Part shown: piece after piece, positions 52,967-64,000 of the stretch
Numbering within the stretch: the stretch's first letter is position 1
Layout of the letters: every line of letters starts with the position of its first letter
NCBI GenBank assembly: GCA_963750165.1
Contig: CAVVPN010000012.1
Span: forward strand, 416,001-480,000
DNA from: an uncultured Gemmataceae bacterium
GTDB lineage: Bacteria; Planctomycetota; Planctomycetia; Gemmatales; Gemmataceae
Reading direction: 5' to 3'
DNA: 64,000 nt
Program-made: the position numbers and the translations under genes
The notes under the pieces: model-generated
Seen by the model: only the letters and a program-made list of their open reading frames with translations
Database searches by the model: none
Told to the model about the DNA's origin: nothing

Positions 52967-54313
52967 TCACGCCTTGCAAACCCGCGCCCCCGCGGCCGTG
53001 CAGTCGGCCGTGGCGTTGCGCGTGTCCACCACCAGGCGCGCGTGGCGCACGATGAAGTTGAAGTCATAGGCCGAGTGGTCCGTGATGACGACGACGCAAT
53101 CCTGCCGCTGCAGGAATGCGGGCGTCAACTCCTGGCTATCCAGGCTCAAGGCGTGATGCCGCATGGCCGGCAGCGACGGCACGTGCGGGTCGTTGTACGA
53201 CACCTCGGCGCCGCGCTTCTGCAGCAGGTCCAGCACCACGAACGCCGGCGACTCACGGGGATCGTCCACATCCTTCTTGTAGGCGACGCCGAGCACGCAC
53301 ACGCGGCTGCCCTTGAGCGGCTTGCCGTCCTCGTTGAGCGCCTCGGCCACGCGGCCGACGACGTACTGCGGCATGGCGGTGTTGATCTCGCCGGCCAGCT
53401 CGATGAAGCGCGTATGGACGCCGTACTTGCGGGCCGCCCAGGTCAGGTAGAACGGGTCGATGGGAATGCAGTGGCCGCCCAGGCCCGGCCCCGGGTAGAA
53501 CGCCTGGAAGCCGAATGGCTTCGTCCGCGCTGCGGCGATCACCTCCCACACGTCAATGCCCATCGCCTCGAAGACGCCCTTCAACTCGTTGACCAGGGCG
53601 ATGTTGACGGCGCGGTAGGTGTTCTCCAAAATCTTGCACGCCTCGGCGACGCCGGTGCCCGACACCTCGACCACGCCCTCAACAACGGGCGCGTACAGCG
53701 CCGCCGCCAGTTCGCGGCTGGCGCAGTTGACACCGCCGACGACTTTCGGGATCGTCCGCGTCGAGTAATCGCGATTGCCGGGATCCTCGCGCTCGGGGCT
53801 GTAGGCCAGGAAGAAGTCCTTGCCGGCACGCAGTCCGGACTCCTCCAGGATGGGCCGTAGCAGATCCTCGGTGGTGCCGGGGTAGGTGGTGCTCTCCAAA
53901 ACGACGAGCTGGCCGGGCCGCAAGTGTGGCATCAGCGTCCGGCCGGTGGCGACGATGCACGACAGGTCGGGCTCGCGCGCCTCGGTCAGCGGCGTCGGCA
54001 CGCAGATGATGACGGCGTCGGCGGTACGGAAGCGCTCGGGGTCGGTGGTGGCCTCGAAGCGGCCGGACTGCACCAGCTCGGCGACGCGGTCGGAGCAGAT
54101 GTGGCCGATGTAGCTTTGGCCGCGGTTGAGCTTTTCGACCTTGGCGGTGTCGATGTCGAAGCCGAGCACGGGGTAGCCGCCCCAGGCGAAGGTTTCCGCC
54201 AGGGGCAGGCCGACGTAGCCCATGCCGACCACGGCGACGCGGGCCGTGCGGTCGTCGATGCGCTGGCGCAGCTGCTCCGCTGGGGTGCTTTTTTTGAGGA
54301 CTGCCGGGGTCAT
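52967..54313 (-). CDS. Nucleotide sugar dehydrogenase (UDP-GlcNAc/ManNAc 6-dehydrogenase family)
   Basis: GMGYVG, CVPTPL, ESTTYPGTT, SPEREDPGN, GGHCIPIDP, YKKDVDDPRESP. Confidence 0.95.
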   Translation of the reverse strand: MTPAVLKKSTPAEQLRQRIDDRTARVAVVGMGYVGLPLAETFAWGGYPVLGFDIDTAKVEKLNRGQSYIGHICSDRVAELVQSGRFEATTDPERFRTADAVIICVPTPLTEAREPDLSCIVATGRTLMPHLRPGQLVVLESTTYPGTTEDLLRPILEESGLRAGKDFFLAYSPEREDPGNRDYSTRTIPKVVGGVNCASRELAAALYAPVVEGVVEVSGTGVAEACKILENTYRAVNIALVNELKGVFEAMGIDVWEVIAAARTKPFGFQAFYPGPGLGGHCIPIDPFYLTWAARKYGVHTRFIELAGEINTAMPQYVVGRVAEALNEDGKPLKGSRVCVLGVAYKKDVDDPRESPAFVVLDLLQKRGAEVSYNDPHVPSLPAMRHHALSLDSQELTPAFLQRQDCVVVITDHSAYDFNFIVRHARLVVDTRNATADCTAAGARVCKA

Positions 54314-54370
54314 GCGGTTCTCCAGGGGCGATGCACAGGCGACCTCGTCCGTGAGTGCGATTGCTCTTCC

Positions 54371-54411
54371 GCCGCTGGCGGCTTAGCGCGCCCCGCCAAG
54401 CCGCCAGCGGC
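54371..54411. repeat. REP-like palindrome
   Basis: GCCGCTGGCGGCTTAGC..GCCAAGCCGCCAGCGGC. Confidence 0.75.
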
Positions 54412-54437
54412 AGAAAGATGGGTTTCGGCGACGGGCG

Positions 54438-57400
54438 TTATTGCAGATCCTTTTCCAGCCGCTGCAACAGCGTCAGCTCGGCGGGACTGAGGCGACCCGG
54501 ACCCGGGTTCAGGCTGCGAGCGCGGTTCAACGCCGCCCGCGCCGCGGTGCGGTTGCTGGCCTGGCGGTGCGCGTCGGTCAGGTGCAGGTATTTCGTGAAG
54601 GACGGCGCGTCCTCGATGGCGCGCGTCAGATCAGCGACGGCGGCCTCGTGACGGCCCAGGTTCAGCAGCACCACGGCGCGCGTGTCCAGGAACTCCGGCC
54701 GCGGCCCGTAGTATTCGATGACGCGGTCGATCAGTGACAGAGCCTCGTCACTCTTGACGTTCTGCTCGGCCAGCAGCCAGGCGAGGTTGTTTAGCGCCAC
54801 CACCTGCCGCGGCTCCTGCTGCAGCACCGCCCGATACAGTTTCTCCGCCTCCTGCGGCCGGTCGAGCATCTTGTGCAGGTCCGCAAATTGCAGCCGCAGC
54901 GCGACGCTCTGCGGCTGTTGCTTCAGGGCGCCCTGGAACCATGCCGCCATCCGACTCGCGGCGGCCTTCCAGGCGTCCGCCGAGACGTTCGCCACCCGCG
55001 CTTCGCGCAGCAGCGCCACGGCGGCGCCGCCGACCGCCTCGGGCGGACACTTTTGCGCCGCCTGCTCACACAGGTCGATGGCCTCCTTGACCTCGCCGAG
55101 CCGGCCGCTGATGCCGGCGACCAGCAGCAGCCGTTCCGCCGGCGCGTTCGGCGCCGCGGCGTAGGCCCGCAGCAGATCCTGCGCCTCGCGACGCTTGCCG
55201 AGCGCCTCCAGCGCTCGCGCCTTCAGCTCGGTCGCGGGGCTGGCGTCGGCCACCACCTGCCGCGCCTGCTCGACCTTTTCCAGCCGGGCGATGTCGTTCA
55301 GTGCCTCGCGGGCGTCGCCGTGCTTGATGCGCGCCTCCGCCACCAGGGCCTGGTACGCCGCGTTATGCGGGTAGTTGCGGACAAGGCTGCTCATCAGTTC
55401 CCGGGCCTTGCCCAGGGCCAGATCGTCCGGCGCCTGGGCCAGGTACAGATGGGCCAGCACCAGTTGCTCGTCGGGCGGCAGGGCCTGGCGGCGGTTGACC
55501 TCCTCCAGCAGGGCGATGGCCCGGACGCGGAACGTACGGCGGTTCTGCGTCGCCAGCACGCGCGCTCGCGCCAGCTGGTCCTCCAGGCTTTCGCCGTCGT
55601 CGGCCTTGCCCGCTTTCAGGCTGCCGCGGTCGTCGAGCCCCAGACCGACCAGCGCCAGCGCCTCGGCCAGGCGCTTTGGGTCGCCGCTGCTGGCCAGCGT
55701 CAGCGCCAGGCCGCGCCGCGCCCACCCCAGGTCCGCGTCGGCCACCTTGACCTTGCGGTCGATCACGGCCCGCAGCAGCGCCTCCGCCTCGCGCGAGCTG
55801 CCGCTGCGCAGGTAGAAGCCGACGACACCGCGGTAAACCTGGATTTCGCCGGGCCGGTCCTGCAGCGCCGCCTCGTAATACTGCCGCGCCGCCTTCGCGT
55901 CGCCCACCAGTTCACAGCACTGGCCCAGCGCCAGCGCCTCGCGCGGCGCCGGCAGCTTGGCCTTCGCCCGCTCCAGTTCCTTGCGCCAGCGGCGCCTGGT
56001 TGATTCTGACGAGGTACTGAATCAGCGCGACCCAGGTCTCCGGCACCGCGTCCGCCAGGGCGATGGCGCGGCGGAACGCCTTTTCCGCCTCCGCCGAGGG
56101 CCGGCCGTTGGCCGACAGCACCTTGCCGATCCACAGCTGGTCGTGGTAGTCCTTCGAGTCGGCGGGCGTGCTCTTGCTCAGGATGTCCTCAGCGGCCCGA
56201 AAGTCGTCGTTGCGCAGCGACACGTCGATGAACAACTTCTGGTCGTCCGGTGACAGCTGGGCCTGCTGTTGCAGCTGGCGCATAACCTGGTCGGCCTCGT
56301 CATAGCGCTGCTGCTTCGTCAGCAGTTGCACGAGCTGCCGCAGCACACGCGGGCCGCGCTCGCCCTGCTCCAGCGCCCGCCGATAGTTGGCGATGGCCTG
56401 CTCGGTGTTGCCCTGCATCTCCTCAACCTCGGCCCGCGCCAGCAGCACCGCCGGCCACGCCGGCCGCAACTGCACCACGCGGTCGAGCAGCCGCCGCGCC
56501 TCCTTCAACAGGCCCGTCTGCCCCTGCCGCGCCAGGTAAATCCGCCGTGCCGCCTCGCCGTACAGGTAGAACGGCGACTCGCCCTCCTCCAGCGTCTTGA
56601 CCTCGGCCAGGGCCTGCCGCATTTGCTCGTCGTCGCCCAGCCGCAGCCCCAGGTCGAACAGCACCAGCCGCACGCGCACATCCTTCGCGAATCGCGGCTG
56701 CTCGGCCACCAGCCGCCACAGCCGCGTGGCGTCGCGCAGCTGGTCCGTCCGCAGGTACGCCTCGGCCAGGCCGCTCAACAGGGCCGGCCGCTCCTCGGCC
56801 GGCAACTGCTGCCAGCCGGCCTCCAGTTTCGCCAGCGCCGCCCGCGCGGCGTCGCCCTTGTCCACGGCAGCGACCAGCCGCGCCCGCGCCAGCCGCACCG
56901 CCACACAGTCGCCCAGCTGCGCCTCGGCCCGGTCGAGCACGCGGCGGGCCTCGGCGGCCCGGCCCTGCCGCTCCTCCAGCACCGCCAGGCCGTTCCACAA
57001 AGCGACGCTCCTGGGCTGCTTCTGCAGTGCCGCCTCCAGCAGGGCACGCACCTGGTCCGGCTGCTTGCGGGCCAGCAACATCTCGGCCCGCAGCAGCACC
57101 ACGTCCACGGCGCCGGGCTGCTCCTGCTCCGCGGCGGCCAGCGCCTGCTCGACAGCGGTCCAGTCCGCTTTCGCGGCGCCGAGGTTGCGCGTCAGCAGGG
57201 CGCGGGCCAGGTCCAGCTGACCGCTGTTGACCTGCTGCGTTTGCTGGCCGAGTTCGGCCAGTTTGCGGTACTCCTCGATGGCCAGGTCCGTGCGGCCCAT
57301 CGCCATTAGCGCGGCCGCGGCACTGCGGCGGCCGGCCACGGAGGTCTTGTCGAAATACAGCACGCGCTGGCAGGCCGCCAGCTGCTGGGCGGGCTCCTTG

Positions 57401-58572
57401 AGCCGCTCGTAACAACTGGCCAGGAACAGATCGACCTGGGCCACCAGCCCCGGCGCCCCCTTGAGGCCGTCGCGGACGCGCACGAACTGAGTCGAAGCGT
57501 CGTACCAGCGGCCCTGAGCCATGAGCACACGGGCCTTCAAGAAGTCGTGCGACGCCGCTGGCACGCCGGCAACCCTGGTCTGCGGGATCAGCCGAACTGC
57601 CTCGTCGATGTCACCGCCGTCCAGCAGCAGGTTCGTCAGCGTCCAGGTCAGCTCAAAGCGGTCCTGCTGCGGCACCACCTTGAGACCGGCGCGCAGCGCA
57701 GCGATGGCCCGGTCGCGCTGACCGCGGCGGACCTCCAGCTGGGCCAGCGCCTGGTGGACGCGGCCCTCGCGACTCTGGAGCTTCAACGCCCGGTCCAGGT
57801 AGGCGGCGGCCGTGTCCCAGCAGTGCTCCTGCGTCACCCGGCAGACCATCCCGGTCAGGATGCCGCTGAGCCGTTCCCGCCCGTACTCCGTCAGGGCGCG
57901 GTCCTGCGCAAGTTCCGAGGCAGCGATCAGCACGGCCACGTCGTTCGGGGCGCGGCGCAGCGCCTCGGCGGCGTACTGGGACGCCTCGGCGGCGTACTTG
58001 TCGAACTCGCGCATCAGGCGGATGAGGCGGACGTAGCCGTCGATGAACTCCGGGGATTTTTTGACAGCCTGTTTCAGGTAAAGCAGCGCGTGCCCCTTGT
58101 AGCCGCGGTGCTCCTCGTACTGGGCCGACAGCACGGATACCTCGCCGTCCTGCGGGGCCTGTTGTTCGAGGATTTTCAGCTGTTCGTGGGCCACGTCGAG
58201 GTTGTTCTCGTCGAGGGCCAGGCGAACCAGGCACTTGCGCAACTCGGTATTGCCGGGCTCCTTGATGAGCACCTGATCGATGACGAAGCGGGCCCGTTCG
58301 CGGGCCTTGTGGCTGACCGCCAGCTTCTGGTGGCAGAGGAGTTTGCCCAGGCGGGCGCGCGTCTCCAGGTCGTCCGGGGCGAATTCGAGGTAGCGGGCCA
58401 GGAAGCGGCTGCTCTGTTTCAGGCGGCCCTCCTGCTCGGCCTGGTTGGCCTGCCAGAGCAGGGCGCTGGCGATGTTGCCCGCCTGCAGGCTGTGGACGAG
58501 GGCCAGCGTCCCGGCCAGGGCGACCACGGCGACGACCAGGCTGAACAGGAACTTGACGTTGAGTTTGCGCAT
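54438..58572 (-). CDS. Large TPR-repeat protein with N-terminal anchor; frameshift near 55985
   Basis: Continuous TPR-like helices across ORFs 55912-58572 and 54438-55907; ALNNLAWLLA, LDTRA. Confidence 0.88.
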
Positions 58573-58738
58573 CCGTGCGAATTCCCCGAGGACTGGCGGC
58601 GCCTCCGGCGCTGCCGTGGAGGGTGGTCAAGACGGCGAGGATTTCCGGCGCCCGCCCCGCGGGGCGCGGCCGTGTCGATTGGCCCAAGACGATGGTGTTG
58701 CTGCATCGCGGTGGTGAAGGGTGGCCAAACAGAAGGGC

Positions 58739-58767
58739 ATGGTAAATCGCGGCGCTGTTGCTGTCAA
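58739..58767 (-). promoter_or_regulatory. Sigma70-like promoter of the TPR / sugar dehydrogenase operon
   Basis: TTGACA-N17-TACCAT. Confidence 0.65.
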
Positions 58768-58931
58768 GCGAAGGAAGTCCGCGCATCTGGACCAGTTGGC
58801 GGTGGGGTGTAGTGGTCTGGGTGGGAGTCACATGGCCACCTGGCCACATGGCGCCTCTCCCAGATCCCGGCCTGGCAACCCCTGGCGCTGCTACTCCCCT
58901 CCGCCATCTGCTCGAATTTCATTGATGGGTG

Positions 58932-60542
58932 TCAGCGTTGTGTCACCGGCGGCTGCCCCTTGATCGTCGCCTGACGGGCCCACTGCAGCAGCCAGTCGGC
59001 CCCCGGCGGCACGCTCAGGCCAACCGTCAGCGCCGCACAGATCCACAGCGTCGCCAAACCGCTCCAGCCAGCGCGGCGCGGCAGCGGTTTGATCGGGCTG
59101 CGCAGGTACATCACCGACAGAACCCGCAGATAATACCAGGCGCCAATGGCGGCGTTGACCATACCCAGCACCGACAGCAGACGGAACAGCCAGGCGTAGG
59201 CGCCGAACGGCCCGTCCTCGGGAATCGCCATCGCCCCGAAGAAGACGATGTACTTGCCGGTGAAGCCCGCCGTCAGCGGGATGCCGATCAGGCTGAACAG
59301 GAACACCAGCATCAGCAGCGCCACGCCGGGGTGGCTGCGGCCCAGGCCAGCCAGGTCGTCCACCGACTCGACCGGCTGTTCCGGCGTGTGCAGGTACGCG
59401 ATCACCGCGAAGGCCCCGACCGTCATGGCCCCGTAAGCCACCAGGTAAAACAGCAGCGCGTCCAGCCCGTTGACGGCCTGGTCGCGCAGGTATGGCGCCG
59501 CTGCCAGCGCCACCAGCATGTAGCCGGCGTGCGCCACGCTGGAGTACGCCAGCAACCGCTTGAGGTTGTCCTGCTGTAGCGCGAACAGGTTGCCGAGGAA
59601 CATCGACACCGCCGCCAGGAACCAGAACAGGATCGGCACCTCCGGGCTGAGCAGCGTGCCCAGCGGCAGGCTCGCGTCGGTCGGCACCTCCGCCGGCAGC
59701 ACGAAGCCGAGCAACCGCAGCAGCGCCGCGAAGCCCGCCACCTTGGGAATCAGGGCCAGGAACGCCGCCATCACCGTCGCGGTGCCCTGGTACACATCCG
59801 GGGCGTAGAAGTGGAACGGCACCGCGGTGATGCGGAAGCCGAGCCCGGCCACCACCATCAACACCGCCACCTGGGCGATCACCGGCAGCGGCTCGCGGCC
59901 AGCCACGGCGCCCTCGACCGCGGGCCGGCTCAGGGAGTCGAAGAGCGCCGGCAGGTTTGTGGTGCCGGCCAGGCCGTAAAGATAACTGAAGCCGAACAGC
60001 ACCAGCGCCGAGGAGAACACGCTCAGCAAGAAGTATTTGAGCGCCGCCTCCTGCGCCGGCTGGTCGTACCGTGGCAGGTACAGCAGCACATAGGTTGGGA
60101 TGCTGACGAGTTCCAGGGCCACGAACAGCGTCACCAGGTCGTTCGCGGAGCCGGTCAGGCTGACACCGGCGACCACCAGCAGCAGGCAGGCGTAATAGTC
60201 GCCGGCCTGGCGGTCCTTGACCTGGTTCCAGCTGAGCAGCACCAGCACGGCCCCGCTCGCCAGGGCGATGCCCTTGATGACGTAGGCGAAGGTGTCGTTG
60301 GCGATCGGCCCGGCGAAAACCGCGGCGGTGGCGGCGTCACTGCTGCTGTAATGGAAATACCAGCCGGCCGGCAGCAGCGCCGCGGCGCCGGCCAGCGCCA
60401 GCAGCGCCAGGGCCGCCCACAGCTGGCGGTTGGCCCGGAAGGCGCCGCCGAGGAAGATCACGCAGGCGACCGCGATCAGCAGCATTTCCGGGTAGAGCAG
60501 CCGGTAACAACTGGTCAGCGCTTCAACAATGGGATCACTCAC
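58932..60542 (-). CDS. nuoN: NADH-quinone oxidoreductase subunit N
   Basis: EAALKYF, VPFHFYAPDVYQG, KRLLAYSSVAHAGY, GIPLTAGFTGK. Confidence 0.96.
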   Translation of the reverse strand: MSDPIVEALTSCYRLLYPEMLLIAVACVIFLGGAFRANRQLWAALALLALAGAAALLPAGWYFHYSSSDAATAAVFAGPIANDTFAYVIKGIALASGAVLVLLSWNQVKDRQAGDYYACLLLVVAGVSLTGSANDLVTLFVALELVSIPTYVLLYLPRYDQPAQEAALKYFLLSVFSSALVLFGFSYLYGLAGTTNLPALFDSLSRPAVEGAVAGREPLPVIAQVAVLMVVAGLGFRITAVPFHFYAPDVYQGTATVMAAFLALIPKVAGFAALLRLLGFVLPAEVPTDASLPLGTLLSPEVPILFWFLAAVSMFLGNLFALQQDNLKRLLAYSSVAHAGYMLVALAAAPYLRDQAVNGLDALLFYLVAYGAMTVGAFAVIAYLHTPEQPVESVDDLAGLGRSHPGVALLMLVFLFSLIGIPLTAGFTGKYIVFFGAMAIPEDGPFGAYAWLFRLLSVLGMVNAAIGAWYYLRVLSVMYLRSPIKPLPRRAGWSGLATLWICAALTVGLSVPPGADWLLQWARQATIKGQPPVTQR

Positions 60543-62265
60543 GATTCGGCCTCTCGCTGGCGTCCGCGGCGACGGCGGCTTCGGGGTGGGTGGGGGCGCT
60601 GGCGGTGGCGGTCGGGCGGTTGCTGAGGATGCCGGTGAGGACGCGCACGTCTGGCCGGGCGGCGTCGATGACCGGCTGCGGCCAGACGCCGAGCACGACG
60701 CAGAACACCATGATCGGCCCCAGAGCGGCCCATTCGCGGCCGTTCATGTCCGTGACCGCGTGGCCGTCGTGGTGCGGCTCCTTGACCTCGCCGAAGAACA
60801 CGAGCCGCAGCAGCGTGAACAGATACCAGGCCCCCAGCACGATGCCGGACGTGCCCAGAATGGCGAGGTCGGGCCGCACCTGGAACATGCCCAGGAACAC
60901 CAGCGCCTCGCCGACGAAGCCGTTCAAGCCCGGCAGCCCGACGCTCGTCAGGCAGATGAACACCATGCACGCGCCGAGGAGGCCGAGCCGGGCGCTCATG
61001 CCGCCATAGTCCGCCAGCTTGCGCGTGTGGTAGCGCTCGTAGAGCATGCCGACCAGCAGGAACAGCCCGCCCGTGGACAGGCCGTGGTTAATCATTTGCA
61101 GCAGACTGCCGGTCAGCCCTGCCTCGTTCAGCGCGAACATGCCGAGCATGCAGAAACCCAGGTGGCTGACGCTGGAATAGGCCACGAGCTTTTTCATGTC
61201 GTCCTGGGCCAGCGAGCAGAACGCCCCGTAGATGATGCCGATCACCGACAGGGTGCCGATGAGCGGCACGCCAACGCTGATGCAGGCGTCGGGCACCAGC
61301 GGCAGGCACAGCCGCAGAAAACCGTAGGCGCCAACCTTGAGCAGCACACCGGCCAGCAGGACGCTGCCCGCCGTCGGGGCCTCGACGTGCGCCAGCGGCA
61401 GCCAGGTGTGCAGCGGCACCAGCGGCACCTTGATGGCGAAGCCGGCGATCAACGCCAGGAACACCCAGAACTGGAACGCATCCCAGAACGCTCGCTGGTC
61501 CGGCCGGGCGTGGCGCTGCAACAGCTGCACCTGCTCGACCAGCTCCGGGATGGAGAACGTCAGCCGGCGGTTGGCGTCGTAGCAGACGACCACGACCGCG
61601 ATCACGCCCAGCAGTGTCAGCAGACTGCCGGCCAGCGTGTAGATGAAGAATTTGCGGGCCGCGTGCCGTCGTTCCGGGCCGCCCCAGATGCCGATCAGGA
61701 AGAACAGCGGCACCAGCGTTAGCTCGAAAAAGACGTAGAAGAGGATGATATCGAACGACAGGAAGACACCGAACATGGCCGTGCCGAGCAACAGCAGCCA
61801 GGCGTAATACTCGTTGACGCGGTCGTCGATGGCGGTCCACGACGCCAGCACGGCGGACACCATCAGCAGGGCGGTCAGCGCCACCAGCCAGACATTGAGG
61901 CCATCCAGGCCGAAGTAGAACTGCACAGCGCCGGTGTCACCGAAGCGGAGCAGGGTCCAGGTGGTGGCGTGGCGGTTCTCGTGCTTGCCGTCCTTGCCGA
62001 CCTCGGCGGCGGTGGTGGCCGGGGCGCCGGGCACGAACTCGGGGTGGAAGGTGCCGGCGCCGGGGTGACTGCGCTCGTAGCTGACGAGGGTGAGCGCCAG
62101 GATCGCGGCGGCCACGAGGCCGAAGAGCGTGGCGCCCAGGCTGACGTAGCGCACCGCCGTGGCGCGGCCGCTGCCGAGCAGGGCGACGACGACGGCGGCC
62201 GCCGCCGGCACCGCCGGCAGGCTGACGATCAGGAAGCGCAGCGACTCCAGTTGTGCGTTTGTCAT
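60535..62265 (-). CDS. nuoM: NADH-quinone oxidoreductase subunit M
   Basis: KVPLVPLHTWLPLAHVEAPTAGS, KKLVAYSSVSHLG, GLPGLNGFVGE. Confidence 0.96.
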   Translation of the reverse strand: MTNAQLESLRFLIVSLPAVPAAAAVVVALLGSGRATAVRYVSLGATLFGLVAAAILALTLVSYERSHPGAGTFHPEFVPGAPATTAAEVGKDGKHENRHATTWTLLRFGDTGAVQFYFGLDGLNVWLVALTALLMVSAVLASWTAIDDRVNEYYAWLLLLGTAMFGVFLSFDIILFYVFFELTLVPLFFLIGIWGGPERRHAARKFFIYTLAGSLLTLLGVIAVVVVCYDANRRLTFSIPELVEQVQLLQRHARPDQRAFWDAFQFWVFLALIAGFAIKVPLVPLHTWLPLAHVEAPTAGSVLLAGVLLKVGAYGFLRLCLPLVPDACISVGVPLIGTLSVIGIIYGAFCSLAQDDMKKLVAYSSVSHLGFCMLGMFALNEAGLTGSLLQMINHGLSTGGLFLLVGMLYERYHTRKLADYGGMSARLGLLGACMVFICLTSVGLPGLNGFVGEALVFLGMFQVRPDLAILGTSGIVLGAWYLFTLLRLVFFGEVKEPHHDGHAVTDMNGREWAALGPIMVFCVVLGVWPQPVIDAARPDVRVLTGILSNRPTATASAPTHPEAAVAADASERPNRE

Positions 62266-62321
62266 GGGTTCCCGTTTACCGGTCTTTTCTGCCGCTTGCG
62301 GCAGAAAAAAGACACACTCCG

Positions 62322-64000
62322 TTATCGAAACAGCACCGCCAGCAAAAACCCCGCCAGGCCGAGCACCATCAGCAGCGCGTAGAACTGCACCAGCCCGTTC
62401 TGCAGCGGCCGGATCAGCATCCCCAAAAAGCTCGGCACCTGGCCGAACAGATCGACCAGCCCGTCCACGACGTACTGGTCGAATACCCGGCAGAAGACCG
62501 CCAGCCCCACCAGCGGCTTGACCACGAAGATGATGTACAGTTCGTCCAGGTAAAAGCGGTTGAGCGACAGGTGGTACGCCGCCGGTGCGGCCTCCGCCAC
62601 CTGCGCCGCGGCGCTGGGCTGGCGGACGTACATCCACCAGGCGGCCGCGACACCGGCCAGCGCGACCACACTGCTGCCGAGCATCATCGGCAGGTTCATC
62701 GTGTGCTCATGTTCGCGGTACAGCGAGCCGAAGGCGTGACTGATCCAGCGGTGTTCGAGCACATGGCTGAACCAGTGCGTGAACGGCTCAACGATGATGC
62801 CGACGAACACGGCCCCGGCCGCCAGAATCATCAGCGGTATCGTCATCACGGGCGGCGACTCGTGGGCGTGGTGGCCGGCCTCCTCCGGGATGCGCTCTGC
62901 GCCCCAGAACGTCAGGAAGTAGGCGCGAAAAGTGTAGAAGGCGGTCAGGGCCGCCACGAACAGGCCGATGGCGAAGAACACCAGGTAAATCGAGCCGAGC
63001 ATTGGGTCCTTGCCCGAGGCGCTGAGCGCCACGTCCAGGATTTCGTCCTTGCTCCAGAAGCCGGACAGCAGCGGCACGCCCGCCAGCGCCCCGGCACCGC
63101 ACAGGAACGTCCAGTGGGTGGTCGGCAGCACCCTGTACAGGCCGCCGAAGCGGCGCATGTCGATGATGTTGCCCATCGCGTGCATAACGCTGCCGGCGGC
63201 CAGGAACAGCAGCGCCTTGAAGAAGGCGTGCGTGAACAGGTGGAACATGGCCGCGGTCACCGCGAAGGCGGCCAGATGGCCCGTGCGCAGACCGCAACCC
63301 AGCGCCAGGAACATGTAACCGAGCTGGCTGATCGTCGAGTACGCCAGCACGCGCTTGAGGTCGGTTTGCGTGAGCGCCATCACCGCAGCGATCAGGGCGG
63401 TGACGGCGCCGATGCCGGCGACCACGACCAGCGCCGCATCAGAGTGGCCGAACAGCGGCATGCAACGCGCCACCAGGTAAACGCCGGCGGTCACCATCGT
63501 CGCCGCGTGGATCAGGGCGCTGACCGGCGACGGGCCTTCCATCGCGTCCGGCAACCACACGTGCAGCGGGAACTGCGCCGACTTGCCGACCGCCCCACAG
63601 AACAGCAGCAGACACGCCGCCAGCAGCAGCCCCGGGTCCTGGTCGATGGCGTGGTTGAAGACCGTCTCGAAGTTCAGCGAGTGCAGCGGCACCCCGGCCG
63701 CGTTCTTGAACAGCGCGAAGATGACGAGGATGCCGATGAACAGGCCCACGTCGCCGAGGCGCGTCACCAGGAATGCCTTGCGGGCGGCGCTGGCCGCGGC
63801 CGGCTTCGTGAACCAGAAGCCGATCAGCAAATAGCTGCACAGGCCGACGCCTTCCCAGAAGGCGTAGAGCACGATGAAATTGTCCGCCAGCACCAGGCCG
63901 GTCATGGAGAACAGGAACAGGCTGACCTCCGCGAAGAAGCGCGGATAACCCGGGTCATGGTGCATGTAGCCGATGGAGTAGATCGCCACCAGGCTGCCGA
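62322..64000 (-). CDS. nuoL: NADH-quinone oxidoreductase subunit L (5' end outside window)
   Basis: GKSAQFPLHVWLPDAMEGPSPVSALIHAATMV, HAFFKALLFL. Confidence 0.97.
   Translation of the reverse strand, partial: GSLVAIYSIGYMHHDPGYPRFFAEVSLFLFSMTGLVLADNFIVLYAFWEGVGLCSYLLIGFWFTKPAAASAARKAFLVTRLGDVGLFIGILVIFALFKNAAGVPLHSLNFETVFNHAIDQDPGLLLAACLLLFCGAVGKSAQFPLHVWLPDAMEGPSPVSALIHAATMVTAGVYLVARCMPLFGHSDAALVVVAGIGAVTALIAAVMALTQTDLKRVLAYSTISQLGYMFLALGCGLRTGHLAAFAVTAAMFHLFTHAFFKALLFLAAGSVMHAMGNIIDMRRFGGLYRVLPTTHWTFLCGAGALAGVPLLSGFWSKDEILDVALSASGKDPMLGSIYLVFFAIGLFVAALTAFYTFRAYFLTFWGAERIPEEAGHHAHESPPVMTIPLMILAAGAVFVGIIVEPFTHWFSHVLEHRWISHAFGSLYREHEHTMNLPMMLGSSVVALAGVAAAWWMYVRQPSAAAQVAEAAPAAYHLSLNRFYLDELYIIFVVKPLVGLAVFCRVFDQYVVDGLVDLFGQVPSFLGMLIRPLQNGLVQFYALLMVLGLAGFLLAVLFR

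Overview
High-GC bacterial chromosomal window. Gene content (three DUF1559 prepilin-like genes with partner lipoproteins, a PSD1/planctomycete cytochrome c + DUF1501 pair, secreted WD40 proteins, zinc-ribbon membrane proteins) points to a planctomycete, probably Gemmataceae-like (inference). It carries housekeeping genes (bamA, glgC, hpt, eno, ribF, nuoL/M/N), a TroABCD-like Mn/Zn/Fe ABC operon whose last permease is fused to a DtxR-type domain, an ECF sigma/zinc anti-sigma pair and a TPR + nucleotide-sugar dehydrogenase operon. About eleven genes have small frameshifts, best read as assembly indels. No rRNA, tRNA, CRISPR array or intact transposase was seen. Most notable: (1) three tandem lipoproteins opposite the ECF sigma, two absent from the ORF track, whose mature parts are alternating-charge K-D/K-E peptides; (2) an Rpn-like PD-(D/E)xK gene with an internal RBS+ATG, a possible gene-within-gene antitoxin; (3) miniature elements with terminal inverted repeats that carry REP-like palindromes and abut stop codons; (4) conserved promoters and long leaders upstream of the DUF1559 cassettes; (5) a structured 400-nt region upstream of eno; (6) toxin-antitoxin remnants and a solo IS end. 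All family assignments are from motif recognition, not database searches.
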